Assembly (NCBI GenBank): GCA_963715195.1
Contig: CAVQRT010000007.1
Span: 352,001-416,000, forward strand
Direction: 5' to 3'
Source of the DNA: Thermodesulfovibrionales bacterium
Lineage (GTDB): Bacteria > Nitrospirota > Thermodesulfovibrionia > Thermodesulfovibrionales > SM23-35
Length of the DNA: 64,000 nucleotides
The position numbers were made by a program, and so were the translations under genes. The notes beneath the pieces were generated by a model, which saw only the letters and a program-made list of their open reading frames with translations, had not been told where the DNA came from and did not search any database. Positions within the stretch are counted from its first letter, which is position 1; each line of letters begins with the position of its first letter. This document shows, piece by piece, positions 21,276 through 31,079 of the stretch.

Positions 21276-22583
21276 ATGGCCTTTTCATCATTCAGAGGAG
21301 GAATACATCCTCCTGACAAAAAAGAACTTTCTTCGGAGAAACCGATCTCCGCGACAAAACCTCCGGCCCGGGTCATAATTCCACTCAGCCAGCATCTCGG
21401 GGCACCATGTAAACCAGTCGTCACGATGGACCAGAAAGTGAAAAAAGGAGAAATGATCGGTGAACCAGCTGGCTTTGTCTCGGCACCGGTCCATGCATCC
21501 GTATCAGGCGGGGTGATCGCGATCGGAGAATTCCTCAATGCAATGGGAAGGATGGTGCCTTCTGTTGTGATCGAAAATGATGGGAACGAGGAATGGTCAA
21601 TGCTGAAAGATCATCCTGATTATATGAACCTCTCACCTGATGAGATGAGAGAAAAGATCAGGAACGCCGGGATTGTCGGAATGGGAGGAGCTGCTTTCCC
21701 GACAGTCGTTAAGCTGTCTCCGCCTAAGGAAAAACCCATCGATACAGTTATTCTGAACGGTGCCGAATGCGAACCATATCTGACCGCAGATTACCGGCTG
21801 ATGCTCGAAAAACCATTCGAGGTTGTCGAAGGGCTTAAGGTGCTCATAAAGGTTTTGGGGGTTCAGAGGGGATTCATCGGTATTGAGAACAACAAGCCTG
21901 AAGCTGTAAAATCGCTTAAAAAAGCTGCCCAGGGAGAGAACTCTGTTGAGGTCTGCTCACTTCCTACGAAATATCCTCAGGGTGCTGAGAAGATGCTTAT
22001 TAAAACAATTACCGGCAGGGAAGTTCCCCCGAGGGCACTTCCGATGGATGTCAGGGTGGTTGTTCAGAATATCAGTACTGCAGTCGCTGTCTTTGAAGCG
22101 GTTCGATACGGGAAACCCCTCATAGAAAGGGTTGTAACCGTTACCGGAGAAGGCATTTACCAGCCAAAAAATCTTTTGACAAAAATCGGGACTCTGGTAT
22201 CACAGCTTATTGAGGATTGCGGAGGCATAAAAGGCGAAAATCTGAAGGTGATCTCCGGAGGACCGATGATGGGCTTTGCACTCTCTTCACTCGAAATTCC
22301 TGTTACGAAGGGGACATCGGGCATCGTCGTTCTGGCAGAGAGTGATATTGTGCATATGGAAAGTTTCGGGCCGTGCATCCGCTGCGGCAGGTGCATTGAT
22401 ATCTGCCCGATGGGTTTGATGCCCTCGATGCTCAGCATCTATGCAGAAAAAGGCTTCTATGAAGGAGCAAAAGAATACGGCCTGTTCGACTGTTTTGAGT
22501 GCGGTTCCTGTGCATTTGTCTGCCCGTCGAAAAGGCCGATAGTTCAGCTCATACGTCTCGCAAAATCACAGGTAAAACCATGA
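21276..22583 (+). CDS. rnfC: Rnf complex subunit C
   Basis: GIVGMGGAAFPT, NGAECEPY, YPQGAEK, two ferredoxin-type motifs. Confidence 0.97.
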   Translation: MAFSSFRGGIHPPDKKELSSEKPISATKPPARVIIPLSQHLGAPCKPVVTMDQKVKKGEMIGEPAGFVSAPVHASVSGGVIAIGEFLNAMGRMVPSVVIENDGNEEWSMLKDHPDYMNLSPDEMREKIRNAGIVGMGGAAFPTVVKLSPPKEKPIDTVILNGAECEPYLTADYRLMLEKPFEVVEGLKVLIKVLGVQRGFIGIENNKPEAVKSLKKAAQGENSVEVCSLPTKYPQGAEKMLIKTITGREVPPRALPMDVRVVVQNISTAVAVFEAVRYGKPLIERVVTVTGEGIYQPKNLLTKIGTLVSQLIEDCGGIKGENLKVISGGPMMGFALSSLEIPVTKGTSGIVVLAESDIVHMESFGPCIRCGRCIDICPMGLMPSMLSIYAEKGFYEGAKEYGLFDCFECGSCAFVCPSKRPIVQLIRLAKSQVKP

Positions 22584-22673
22584 TTAAATTCAAAACTGTT
22601 TTGTTCATTTGGAATTATGATTTGTTTAGCCGTTAGATATTTAAATTCAAGATTTAGACTCCTCATGTAATTT

Positions 22674-23669
22674 ATGGAAATTACCAAGAAACCATTTATT
22701 GTCTCGGTCAGTCCGCACATAAGAAGTGACGAGACAACGGCAAGGATCATGTGGAGCGTATCCGCTTGTCTGCTCCCAGCAGCAGTTATGGGAGCATACT
22801 TTTTCGGTCCCAGGGCAGTTTTGACTGTTTCGCTCTGCGTCATTGCATCAGTCCTCTCGGAACACCTGTATCAGAAGGCCCTGAAGAAACCGTCAACAGT
22901 CCGCGACGGCAGTGCCTTTCTTACCGGCCTTCTGCTCGGCCTTAATCTGCCACCTTCAGCGCCTTTTTACCTATCGCTGATCGGATCTTTTGTTGCAATC
23001 ATCATCACCAAACAGCTCTTCGGGGGACTCGGCTACAACATCTTCAACCCCGCCCTTATCGGAAGGGCATTCCTCGTAATCTCATTCCCAAAGCTAATGA
23101 CCGTGTGGAGCGAGCCGACTGCCGCATTCATTCTCCTTGACGCAAAGACCACGGCAACCCCGCTCGGAATTCTCAAAGAAGAGGGGCCTGCAAAGCTGAT
23201 ACAAGTCTTCGGAGATCAGCTAAACCTTTACGCCCAGCTTATTACCGGTCACAGAGCGGGTTCAATCGGAGAGACTTCGGCTGTTGCCCTTCTCATCGGT
23301 GCTGCATTCCTGCTTTATAAGAGATATATCACCTGGCATATACCTTTGTCCTTTCTCGGGACAGCTGCGGTGATCGCGTGGATAATCGGTGGAACGGATT
23401 CACTCTTTACCGGGGATCCCCTCCTGCACCTTTTCAGCGGCGGTATGATTCTTGGGGCTTTTTTTATGGCAACCGATTATGTCACGAGTCCTTCGATGAA
23501 AAGCGGCCAGATCGTTTTCGGAGCCGGATGCGGTTTTCTCACAATGCTCATCCGGCTCAAGGGCGGCTATCCCGAAGGGGTTATGTTCGCCATTCTGATC
23601 ATGAACGCTTTTGCGCCCCTCATCGACAGAGGATTTCAATCAAAATTCTTCGGGGCCGGAAAGAAATAA
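22674..23669 (+). CDS. rnfD: Rnf complex subunit D
   Basis: SPHI, FGGLGYNIFNPA, FMN site TTATPL, FMATDYVT. Confidence 0.97.
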   Translation: MEITKKPFIVSVSPHIRSDETTARIMWSVSACLLPAAVMGAYFFGPRAVLTVSLCVIASVLSEHLYQKALKKPSTVRDGSAFLTGLLLGLNLPPSAPFYLSLIGSFVAIIITKQLFGGLGYNIFNPALIGRAFLVISFPKLMTVWSEPTAAFILLDAKTTATPLGILKEEGPAKLIQVFGDQLNLYAQLITGHRAGSIGETSAVALLIGAAFLLYKRYITWHIPLSFLGTAAVIAWIIGGTDSLFTGDPLLHLFSGGMILGAFFMATDYVTSPSMKSGQIVFGAGCGFLTMLIRLKGGYPEGVMFAILIMNAFAPLIDRGFQSKFFGAGKK

Positions 23670-23684
23670 CCAGAGGGAGATACC

Positions 23685-24257
23685 TTGTCGGGAAAGGATA
23701 TACTGAAAATAACGTTTAACCTTGTTACAATCTATCTCGCTGGTGGATTAATCCTTGCACTCGTTTATGCAAAGACTTCACCGATCATGTACCGGAATGC
23801 TGTTCTGGAAAAGGAGAACGCCTTAAAAATGCTCATACCTGAAGCCGACAGCATTGACAAGCTGGGCGACTGGACGATTCATGACAAGCATGCAGAGTAT
23901 TTTGTCGCAAAAAAAGGAGATGCTGTCGCAGGGTACATTATCCAGTCATTCGGCAAAGGCTATTCAAGCTATATTAATACCCTCATTGCGGTCGATCCCG
24001 ATTTCAAAGTCCGGAAGATCAGTATCCTCGGTCATGCAGAGACACCGGGTCTCGGAGATGAGATTGAAGCAGAAAGCTTTCAGAACCAGTTCATTGGGAA
24101 AGGGCCGGACCATCTGACGGTATTGAAAACGGAGACGACAGACTACATTCAGGCAATTTCCGGAGCAACGATTTCAAGCAGGGCAGTTACCGAAGATGCG
24201 GTGAAAGCAGGACTCGATTTTCTCATAACCACCATGACAGATAAAAGCGAGGAATAA
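23685..24257 (+). CDS. rnfG: Rnf complex subunit G
   Basis: ETPGLG, FMN motif ISGATISS. Confidence 0.95.
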   Translation: MSGKDILKITFNLVTIYLAGGLILALVYAKTSPIMYRNAVLEKENALKMLIPEADSIDKLGDWTIHDKHAEYFVAKKGDAVAGYIIQSFGKGYSSYINTLIAVDPDFKVRKISILGHAETPGLGDEIEAESFQNQFIGKGPDHLTVLKTETTDYIQAISGATISSRAVTEDAVKAGLDFLITTMTDKSEE

Positions 24258-24874
24258 TGGTCCAGGGAGAAAAACCTGATTATATTGGGCTCATCAAAGA
24301 TGGCATTTTCAAGGAGAATACCATCTTCAAGCTTGCGCTGAGCCTGTGCCCTTCCATAGCGGTTACGAACAGTCTGCGGAATGGTGTTCTCATGGGAACC
24401 GCCGTCCTTTTTGTTCAGGTAATGGTCAACATTACCATTTCCATGATGAGAAATTTCATTCATCCGAGAATCCGTCTCCCTGTCTTCATGCTCGTCATTT
24501 CAGGGTGGGTCACGGTCACCGATCTGACCATGGCAGCCTTTGCCCAGGATGCATACAAGCAGATGGGTCTCTATATTCAGCTCATCGTTGCCTTTGCATC
24601 AATCCTTGCGCGCGCGGAAATGTTTGCGAGCAAGAACAAGATTGTTCCGTCCCTCTTTGACGGGATCGGGATGGGCCTCGGCTTTCTCTTTGCGCTCACT
24701 ATCATAAGTTTTTTCAGGGAGCTTCTCGGGAAAGGTTCACTGTGGGGTGTTCCGATTATCAACGCAAAGCCTCTCCTCATCATGATCCTCCCGGCAGGCG
24801 GCTTTTTTGCTGTCGGCATTTTGATGGGGTTTTTCAACTGGTTAGGTATGAGAAATGCTGGAAAAAGTCATTAA
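24257..24874 (+). CDS. rnfE: Rnf complex subunit E
   Basis: LSLCPSIAVT, IRLPVF, FFRELLG, ILPAGGF. Confidence 0.94.
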   Translation: MVQGEKPDYIGLIKDGIFKENTIFKLALSLCPSIAVTNSLRNGVLMGTAVLFVQVMVNITISMMRNFIHPRIRLPVFMLVISGWVTVTDLTMAAFAQDAYKQMGLYIQLIVAFASILARAEMFASKNKIVPSLFDGIGMGLGFLFALTIISFFRELLGKGSLWGVPIINAKPLLIMILPAGGFFAVGILMGFFNWLGMRNAGKSH

Positions 24875-25039
24875 TGCGATGCAGGGAATAGTGTTTGAGC
24901 GAATTTTCCTGCCGATAGTCAATTCATACTCAGCTCATAAAGATGCAAAAGCCTCGGAGTTTTCCGATCCCGAAATCATTCGGGACCGGGAAACGAGAAT
25001 GGGCAGCAATACGCTACCTTGCATTGAAGGAATGCGATA

Positions 25040-25627
25040 ATGGAATTTTGGAAACTTTTTGAATTGATTGTCTCAGCATCGCTGATTAATAACTTTGTGT
25101 TCACCCGTTTTCTAGGCCTCTGCATATTTTTTGGCGTCTCCCGGAGAATGGAAACAGCCATCGGCATGAGCATAACCTTCACGGTGGTGATGATGATCAG
25201 CGCAGGACTGAGCTGGCTCATTTTTCAGTACGTCATGATTCCCCTTGATATAACGTTTCTCAAGATTATCATCTTCATCGGTATTGTTGCCGGTTTTGTG
25301 CAGGCCTCAGACACCATCATGAGAAAAATCTCCCCGGGCCTTTATCACAAACTCGGCATATACCTTGCTCTGATATCTACAAATTGCATCATTCTTGCCG
25401 TTCCGCTGATTAACGCAGGGGAACAATACAGTTTTTTTGAAAGTCTTGCTTTTGCCCTCGGTTCAGGCCTCGGGTTTGCGCTTGCACTGATCATCATGGC
25501 AAGCATTCGCGAAAAGCTCGAACTCGCAGATGTTCCGGGTCCGTTCAGGGGAACACCGATCGCGTTTATCGTCACCGGCCTGATCGCCCTCGCATTTTCA
25601 GGCTTTGCAGGGCTTATAAAAATCTGA
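25040..25627 (+). CDS. rnfA: Rnf complex subunit A
   Basis: NNFVFTRFLGLC, LGIYLALISTNC, SIREKL. Confidence 0.96.
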   Translation: MEFWKLFELIVSASLINNFVFTRFLGLCIFFGVSRRMETAIGMSITFTVVMMISAGLSWLIFQYVMIPLDITFLKIIIFIGIVAGFVQASDTIMRKISPGLYHKLGIYLALISTNCIILAVPLINAGEQYSFFESLAFALGSGLGFALALIIMASIREKLELADVPGPFRGTPIAFIVTGLIALAFSGFAGLIKI

Positions 25628-25637
25628 TGGGGGGGAA

Positions 25638-26774
25638 ATGCTGACGGATATCCTTCAACTGTTGCACCTTCCCGATATCGTTCACTTTCTTGTTCCATAT
25701 GCCGGGGTCGGAGGCGGGGTTGAGGCAAAAGAACATGTGGCGTTAGCGCCGTTAATCAAATACACCCTCATCTTCCTCGCTGCTGTTGGAACCATATTCG
25801 GACTCGGGCTCGCGCTTGCCGCAAAAAAATTTTCTGTAAGGACTAATCCAAAGGTCGAGAAGGTCAAGGAAGTCCTTGCTCATGCTCACTGAGGGGCTTG
25901 CGGGTTCGCAGGGTGCGAACAATACGCGGAAGCAGTTGTCAAAAACCCTGAGGTCCCCCCGAATCTCTGTGTGCCTGCGGGAGCAAGAGGAGCGGAGACA
26001 ATTTCCCGTATCACGGGCAAGAAACCCGTGGCACGGGAGCCAATTTTTGCGCGGGTCATGTGTCAGGGCGGTTGGAGCAGATCTGCAAAAAAATTTGTTT
26101 ATGAGGGAGTTCAGGATTGCAGGGCGGTCATGCTCACCGGCGGTGATAAGGCGTGCAGATATGGATGTCTTGGTTACGGGACATGCGAGCGAGTCTGTCC
26201 GTTCGGTGCAATTACCATGACAGGCGATCATCTCCCCTTCGTCGATATTCAGAAGTGCACCGGGTGCAGAAAATGTGAAGCGGCCTGTCCGACACAAATA
26301 ATCGAAGTTCTTCCGGAATCGAAACAGGTTCTCATTGCATGTCATTCAAAAGACAAAGGTGCCGACACGAAAAGAAGCTGCGAGGTCGGATGTATCGCGT
26401 GCGGGATCTGTGCAAAAATTTGTCCGTTTGATGCACCTTCCATCAAGCATAATCTGTCCGGAATCGATCTGAATAAGTGCACCGTTTGTGGTCTCTGCGT
26501 TCCGAGATGCCCGACAGGAGCAATAACAGAATTTATTCCGCAGCGGCCGAAAGCATTCATTCTCAGTCATTGCACAGGCTGCCGGATATGCGCCGAAGTG
26601 TGTCCCGTGGATGCGCCTTCTGGTCAAGTGCACAAGCTGCACGTCATCGATACGACGAGATGCACCGGTTGCGGTATCTGTACTGTACATTGCCCGGTCC
26701 AGGCTATTGACGGAACATTCAATGTTACCGCGGTCTTTGCCGCTGCGGCACAAAGGAAGCAAGAAGCCGCATAA
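25638..26774 (+). CDS. rnfB: Rnf complex subunit B, 378 aa if in-frame TGA 25890-25892 is read through (probable selenocysteine)
   Basis: ORFs 25638-25892 and 25971-26774 share a frame; read-through gives AHAH-U-GACGFAGCEQYAEAV...NLCVP, then six ferredoxin-type motifs; last gene of rnfCDGEAB. Confidence 0.9.
25904..25920 (+). promoter_or_regulatory. Putative bacterial SECIS hairpin
   Basis: GTTCGCA-GGG-TGCGAAC perfect 7-bp stem; 18 nt separate the TGA from the G loop. Confidence 0.65.
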
Positions 26775-26868
26775 AACCCAGATGCTTTGTGCTTTCCAAA
26801 GATAGTCGGTTGTCGGGCACCCCATCTCTCTGATATCATTGTAGAGAAACGAAGGGAGCACCCTTTTC

Positions 26869-28677
26869 ATGGAAGAACTAATCATTCAATTCATTCGGAC
26901 AAATCCGATACTCGCCAACTACAATCTTACAGAACACGATATCAACGAGCTTGCCGTCCTGCTCAGAAAACACTGTATTGCAACCCATGTCGAACACGTC
27001 GTCCGGATGGTCGAAGAGGTCATCAGCATAGATCCAACCATGGAATGGAAGGAGATTCTTGCAGCCGCCGCACAGAAGATTGTCCAATTTCTTCATGCAG
27101 ATGCTGCCTCTATCAGAATTTTTGACCCGGAGACGGAGAAGCTCGTCGCTTTCGGCTCATATCAATACTATTCTGAAACCGGAAGGGAAAAAACAATTCC
27201 TCTTGAAAAGTCTGTCGCAGGCAAGGTAATCCAGAGCGGCAAGAGTTATCTGGTGCCGAATATCCTCAATGAACCCGATTACATGAACAAAGACGTCGTC
27301 AAGGACCTCGGCTTTCACTCACTGATGGCTATTCCGATTGTCATTAAGGGATTTCTCGAACATGAGGCGATCATACAGGGTACTATTCAGCTCTATTATA
27401 AAGAAGCGGACAAAGAATTTGATCCTCTCGAAGTAGCAAATGCAGAACTGATGGCCAGACGGGTCAGTTATGTCCTCGCAAAAAAACGGATCCTGGACCT
27501 CCAAAAATTGAATATCCAGAAAGAAAAAATCGTCGAGAAAATATTTGTAAAGCTCAGTCACCGCGAGGGGATCAAGATGAAAGATGTCTTCCAGATGATG
27601 ATTCCGGAACTGGTCAATATTATTCAGGTACAGAGCTGTACGCTTTTTTCCGTATCGTCTGACAGAAAACATGTTCAGATCGAGCTCGAGTATCCTTCGG
27701 GTCAGGAAATTCATCAGATCTGCTGCACGTATGCAGTGCAGGATCATCCCTATTTTCACGCATTGCTCAATGACACGGAAACACGCGGTGATTTTGAATA
27801 CGAACGCATTACCCAATCGTATATCCTTATCAAGGATCCGCTCAAGAGCAGGCTATCAAACGATGACCTTAAGCGCTATGCATCCCGCAAGAATGTAAAC
27901 TCCGTCCTTCTGATCCCTCTCGCGGCAAAGAATGAAATCAATTATTTTCTGGTCTTCTATGCCAAAGACCGCCGGCAGGAATTTACCGAATACGAGATAG
28001 ACCTCCTCACTTTTTTCGGAAAAGAGATCATGAAGGCACTCAGGATTGAGAAACTGGATGACGTTCTCCATGATTTCAAGAATCCTGCGGTCGCAATCGC
28101 GGGATTTGCAAAAAGAACAAAAAAACTATTGGAAAAGGAAGACATCGAAACTGTAAAGGAAAAGCTCTCAGATTATCTGGATATCATTATTCAGGAGAGT
28201 GTCAGGATGCAGGAGCTTGCCATTTACCCGAACATAGAGGGGCGTGAACGGGAGGTAGATCTGTCCGAGACGCTCGGAAGACGGTTCAGGATCAACAAGG
28301 AATCAATACGGGAGCAGAAAAGGTTGAATATTCATCTCATTGAAGGGGAGCGCGAGCCTGGCCTCAGGATCTATTGTTCCCCACTCGGTCTTGAGCGTGT
28401 ACTCGACAATCTCCTTGATAACGCCACGAAAGCGATTCCTGAGGAAGGAGGCGAGCTGTCAATAAAAAGCTACCGCAGCGGAGATATGGGGGTGTTTGAG
28501 ATCCGGAATACCGGGGAAATACCTGAAGAAAATATCGATCAGATCAGAAAAGGAGAAGTAAAAGGACGCGGTCTTAATATTATTTACCGCTTCATACAGG
28601 CAAATCGTGGAAAGCTCGATGTTTTCACCGAAGATAATTCAACAACCTTCCGTATCATGCTTCCCCTTCGTCCATAA
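26869..28677 (+). CDS. Cytoplasmic GAF-GAF histidine kinase-like protein
   Basis: GAF-like segments (SLMAIPI, SVLLIPL), H-box HDFKNP, N-box NLLDNATK; degenerate G-boxes. Confidence 0.75.
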   Translation: MEELIIQFIRTNPILANYNLTEHDINELAVLLRKHCIATHVEHVVRMVEEVISIDPTMEWKEILAAAAQKIVQFLHADAASIRIFDPETEKLVAFGSYQYYSETGREKTIPLEKSVAGKVIQSGKSYLVPNILNEPDYMNKDVVKDLGFHSLMAIPIVIKGFLEHEAIIQGTIQLYYKEADKEFDPLEVANAELMARRVSYVLAKKRILDLQKLNIQKEKIVEKIFVKLSHREGIKMKDVFQMMIPELVNIIQVQSCTLFSVSSDRKHVQIELEYPSGQEIHQICCTYAVQDHPYFHALLNDTETRGDFEYERITQSYILIKDPLKSRLSNDDLKRYASRKNVNSVLLIPLAAKNEINYFLVFYAKDRRQEFTEYEIDLLTFFGKEIMKALRIEKLDDVLHDFKNPAVAIAGFAKRTKKLLEKEDIETVKEKLSDYLDIIIQESVRMQELAIYPNIEGREREVDLSETLGRRFRINKESIREQKRLNIHLIEGEREPGLRIYCSPLGLERVLDNLLDNATKAIPEEGGELSIKSYRSGDMGVFEIRNTGEIPEENIDQIRKGEVKGRGLNIIYRFIQANRGKLDVFTEDNSTTFRIMLPLRP

Positions 28678-28699
28678 CCTCCCGCAAAGCCGGAAAGAT

Positions 28700-29257
28700 A
28701 TGACAATGACTACGGTAATCAATAAGAAAACCCTGTATGAAGGGAAGTTTCTGAAGTTTGTGGTGGCAACCTATACCGACTCACGCGGCATCCGGAGGGA
28801 GTGGGAATTTATCGAGCGCCTCAACTGCAACGGTATCGTTGCTATCGTACCGGTTACGGAAGCCCGGGAAGTTCTTCTTATCCGGCAGTTCCGGCCGCCG
28901 GTAAACCGTCATGTGATCGAATTCCCAGCCGGTCTCAACGATAAAGGCGATTCAATTGTAGAAGCAGCCCGGAGGGAACTCCTCGAAGAAACAGGCTATT
29001 ATGCGGGGGAAATAATTTTTCTTTCGGAAGGTCCTCTGTCATCAGGGGCTTCAGGAGAAATTCTCTCGGTCTATCTTGCACGGGATCTTCAGTTCAAAGG
29101 CACGATCGAACGGGATGAGACCGAAGATATCGAGGTTCTCAGAATACCGGCCGATGCGGTGCCTGAGCGTTTGTCCGCTTACCGGTCACAGGGAGATTTG
29201 GTGGATTTAAAAATTTTGGGACTGCTCGAACTCGCAGAGGAAGCAATGAGACCGTAA
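28700..29257 (+). CDS. Nudix hydrolase (ADP-ribose pyrophosphatase-like)
   Basis: RQFRPP, Nudix box PAGLNDKGDSIVEAARRELLEETG. Confidence 0.92.
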   Translation: MTMTTVINKKTLYEGKFLKFVVATYTDSRGIRREWEFIERLNCNGIVAIVPVTEAREVLLIRQFRPPVNRHVIEFPAGLNDKGDSIVEAARRELLEETGYYAGEIIFLSEGPLSSGASGEILSVYLARDLQFKGTIERDETEDIEVLRIPADAVPERLSAYRSQGDLVDLKILGLLELAEEAMRP

Positions 29258-30472
29258 TCAGCTTCTGGCGGTTACCTTCAGAAACTTCCGTTTGCCGACT
29301 TTGAAGAGGTACTCTCCTGCCGGCAGCTTCGCATCCGGGTCATTGAGTTTCTGTTCATTGACGGTGACACCTCCCTGCTTGATCAGCCTCATCGCTTCGC
29401 CCGTGCTCGGTGTCAGACCTGAAAGCTTCAAAATCTTCGGTACCCACATTTCATGTGCGTCCCAGAAAAGAGCGACCGAAGGGATGTCTTCAGGAAGGCC
29501 TTTCTGCCGGAAAACATGTTCAAACTCATCCCTGACCCGCAGGGCTTCCTCCCTGCTCCAGTACCGTTCAACGATCTCAAGAGCGAGGTTCTCCTTTGCA
29601 CGCTTTGGATGAACAGACCCCGCCTTCAGACCTTCCTTCAGGGAAGAAAGCTCTTCCAATGAAAGATGGCTCAGCAACTCATAATACCTGAGCATGAGAT
29701 CATCGGAAATCGACATGATCTTGCCGTACATCTCCCCGGGCTGTTCGGTAATACCGATGTAATTTCCCAGACTCTTGCTCATTTTTTTCACTCCGTCAAG
29801 ACCTTCAAGCAGCGGCATGAGCACAACGCATTGCGGCTCCTGCCCGTATTCCTTCTGGAGTTCCCTGCCAACGATGAGATTAAATTTCTGATCCGTTCCC
29901 CCGAGTTCCACATCAGCATGCAGCGCCACGGAATCATATCCCTGGATGAGCGGATACATGAATTCGTGAATACCGATAGGATTCTGATTTACCCATCTCA
30001 TCCTGAAATCCTCGCGTTCGAGCATCCGTGCAACGGTATATGTGCTGGTAAGCTGTATCATCTGTGAGGAGGTCATCTGTGACATCCACTCTGAGTTGAA
30101 AACCACCCTGGTCTTTTGGGGATCAAGCATTTTCGATATCTGATCCCGGTAGGTCGCTGCATTCTGAAGAACCTCCCCCCGTGTGAGCGGTTTCCGCATC
30201 TCACTCTTACCGCTCGGGTCACCGATCATCCCGGTAAAATCACCGATGAGAAAGATCACCTCATGGCCGAGCTCCTGGAACTGCCTCATCTTTTCGAGCA
30301 GGACAGTATGACCGAGATGAATGTCCGGTGCGGTTGGATCAAACCCTGCCTTGATTTTCAGCGGCCTCTTTTCGTGGAATGACTGTTCGAGTTTCCGGAG
30401 AAGGTCTGCCTCAACAATGGTTTCGACTGCACCCCTTTTAATGATATCAAGTTGACGCTCCGGTTTCAGCAT
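29258..30472 (-). CDS. tyrS: Tyrosyl-tRNA synthetase
   Basis: [32 protein letters not shown]4 domain. Confidence 0.98.
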   Translation of the reverse strand: MLKPERQLDIIKRGAVETIVEADLLRKLEQSFHEKRPLKIKAGFDPTAPDIHLGHTVLLEKMRQFQELGHEVIFLIGDFTGMIGDPSGKSEMRKPLTRGEVLQNAATYRDQISKMLDPQKTRVVFNSEWMSQMTSSQMIQLTSTYTVARMLEREDFRMRWVNQNPIGIHEFMYPLIQGYDSVALHADVELGGTDQKFNLIVGRELQKEYGQEPQCVVLMPLLEGLDGVKKMSKSLGNYIGITEQPGEMYGKIMSISDDLMLRYYELLSHLSLEELSSLKEGLKAGSVHPKRAKENLALEIVERYWSREEALRVRDEFEHVFRQKGLPEDIPSVALFWDAHEMWVPKILKLSGLTPSTGEAMRLIKQGGVTVNEQKLNDPDAKLPAGEYLFKVGKRKFLKVTARS

Positions 30473-30517
30473 GACATGTATGTTAAAATTTGTTCCGGCC
30501 GCAGGTCAAATGCCTGA

Positions 30518-30964
30518 TCAGGATTTGAGCCTCAGTATTCTAAGAAGAATACCGAGATATTTATTGAGCCAATTGCTTCTCTTAAGAAAAGGCAAGACGG
30601 GCGAGCTTCTGATGCCGAGTCTATGCAGTTCACCCGCAATTTCATCGTTCGGGCCATACCTGAGCCCTTCCCGAAAACTTCGAATTGCTTCCTCCCGGTT
30701 CTTCATGAGAAGATAAATCCTCCCAAGATTGAGGTAGTGAACTGAATTCTCAGGTTCCTTGCGGAGGCTTTCTTCACACCATGCGATGCCCCTAGTCGTC
30801 AATCCGCGTTCTTTTGCAATGCAGAATGCCAGATAGGAACGCGCGGACGGGTTGTCTTCTCGTTCAGCCGCCCTCTCGAAGAAACCAAGTGCCAGGAGGG
30901 TATCGCCCTGCCTGAGCGCTTCCGTCCCATTCTTGATGAGGTCTATTCCTTCGCTCTCCGTCAT
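30518..30964 (-). CDS. TPR protein
   Basis: TPR-like repeats (HYLNLGRIYL). Confidence 0.75.
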   Translation of the reverse strand: MTESEGIDLIKNGTEALRQGDTLLALGFFERAAEREDNPSARSYLAFCIAKERGLTTRGIAWCEESLRKEPENSVHYLNLGRIYLLMKNREEAIRSFREGLRYGPNDEIAGELHRLGIRSSPVLPFLKRSNWLNKYLGILLRILRLKS

Positions 30965-31079
30965 ATATGATCTATATAATACCCGAAACCTGCTTCAAAC
31001 TGCAGATATGTTTGCTCTGGTTTATTTTGAGATATGCTAAAATTACAAGAATGCCTGTTTTCAGCACAAAGAGCAGGAG

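Noticed and set aside
22584..22673. AT-rich rnfC-rnfD spacer with TTAAATTCAA twice
   Set aside because: Looks like a degenerate low-complexity repeat; no defensible structure or ORF
25638..25892. rnfB as a pseudogene or as two genes
   Set aside because: Single in-frame TGA exactly at a conserved Cys, with intact flanks and a SECIS-like hairpin; recoding is more parsimonious, though a sequencing error is not excluded
25897..25912. Alternative hairpin CTTGCG-GGTT-CGCAGG after the UGA
   Set aside because: Too close to the UGA (inside the ribosome footprint) and mutually exclusive with the better-placed 25904-25920 hairpin
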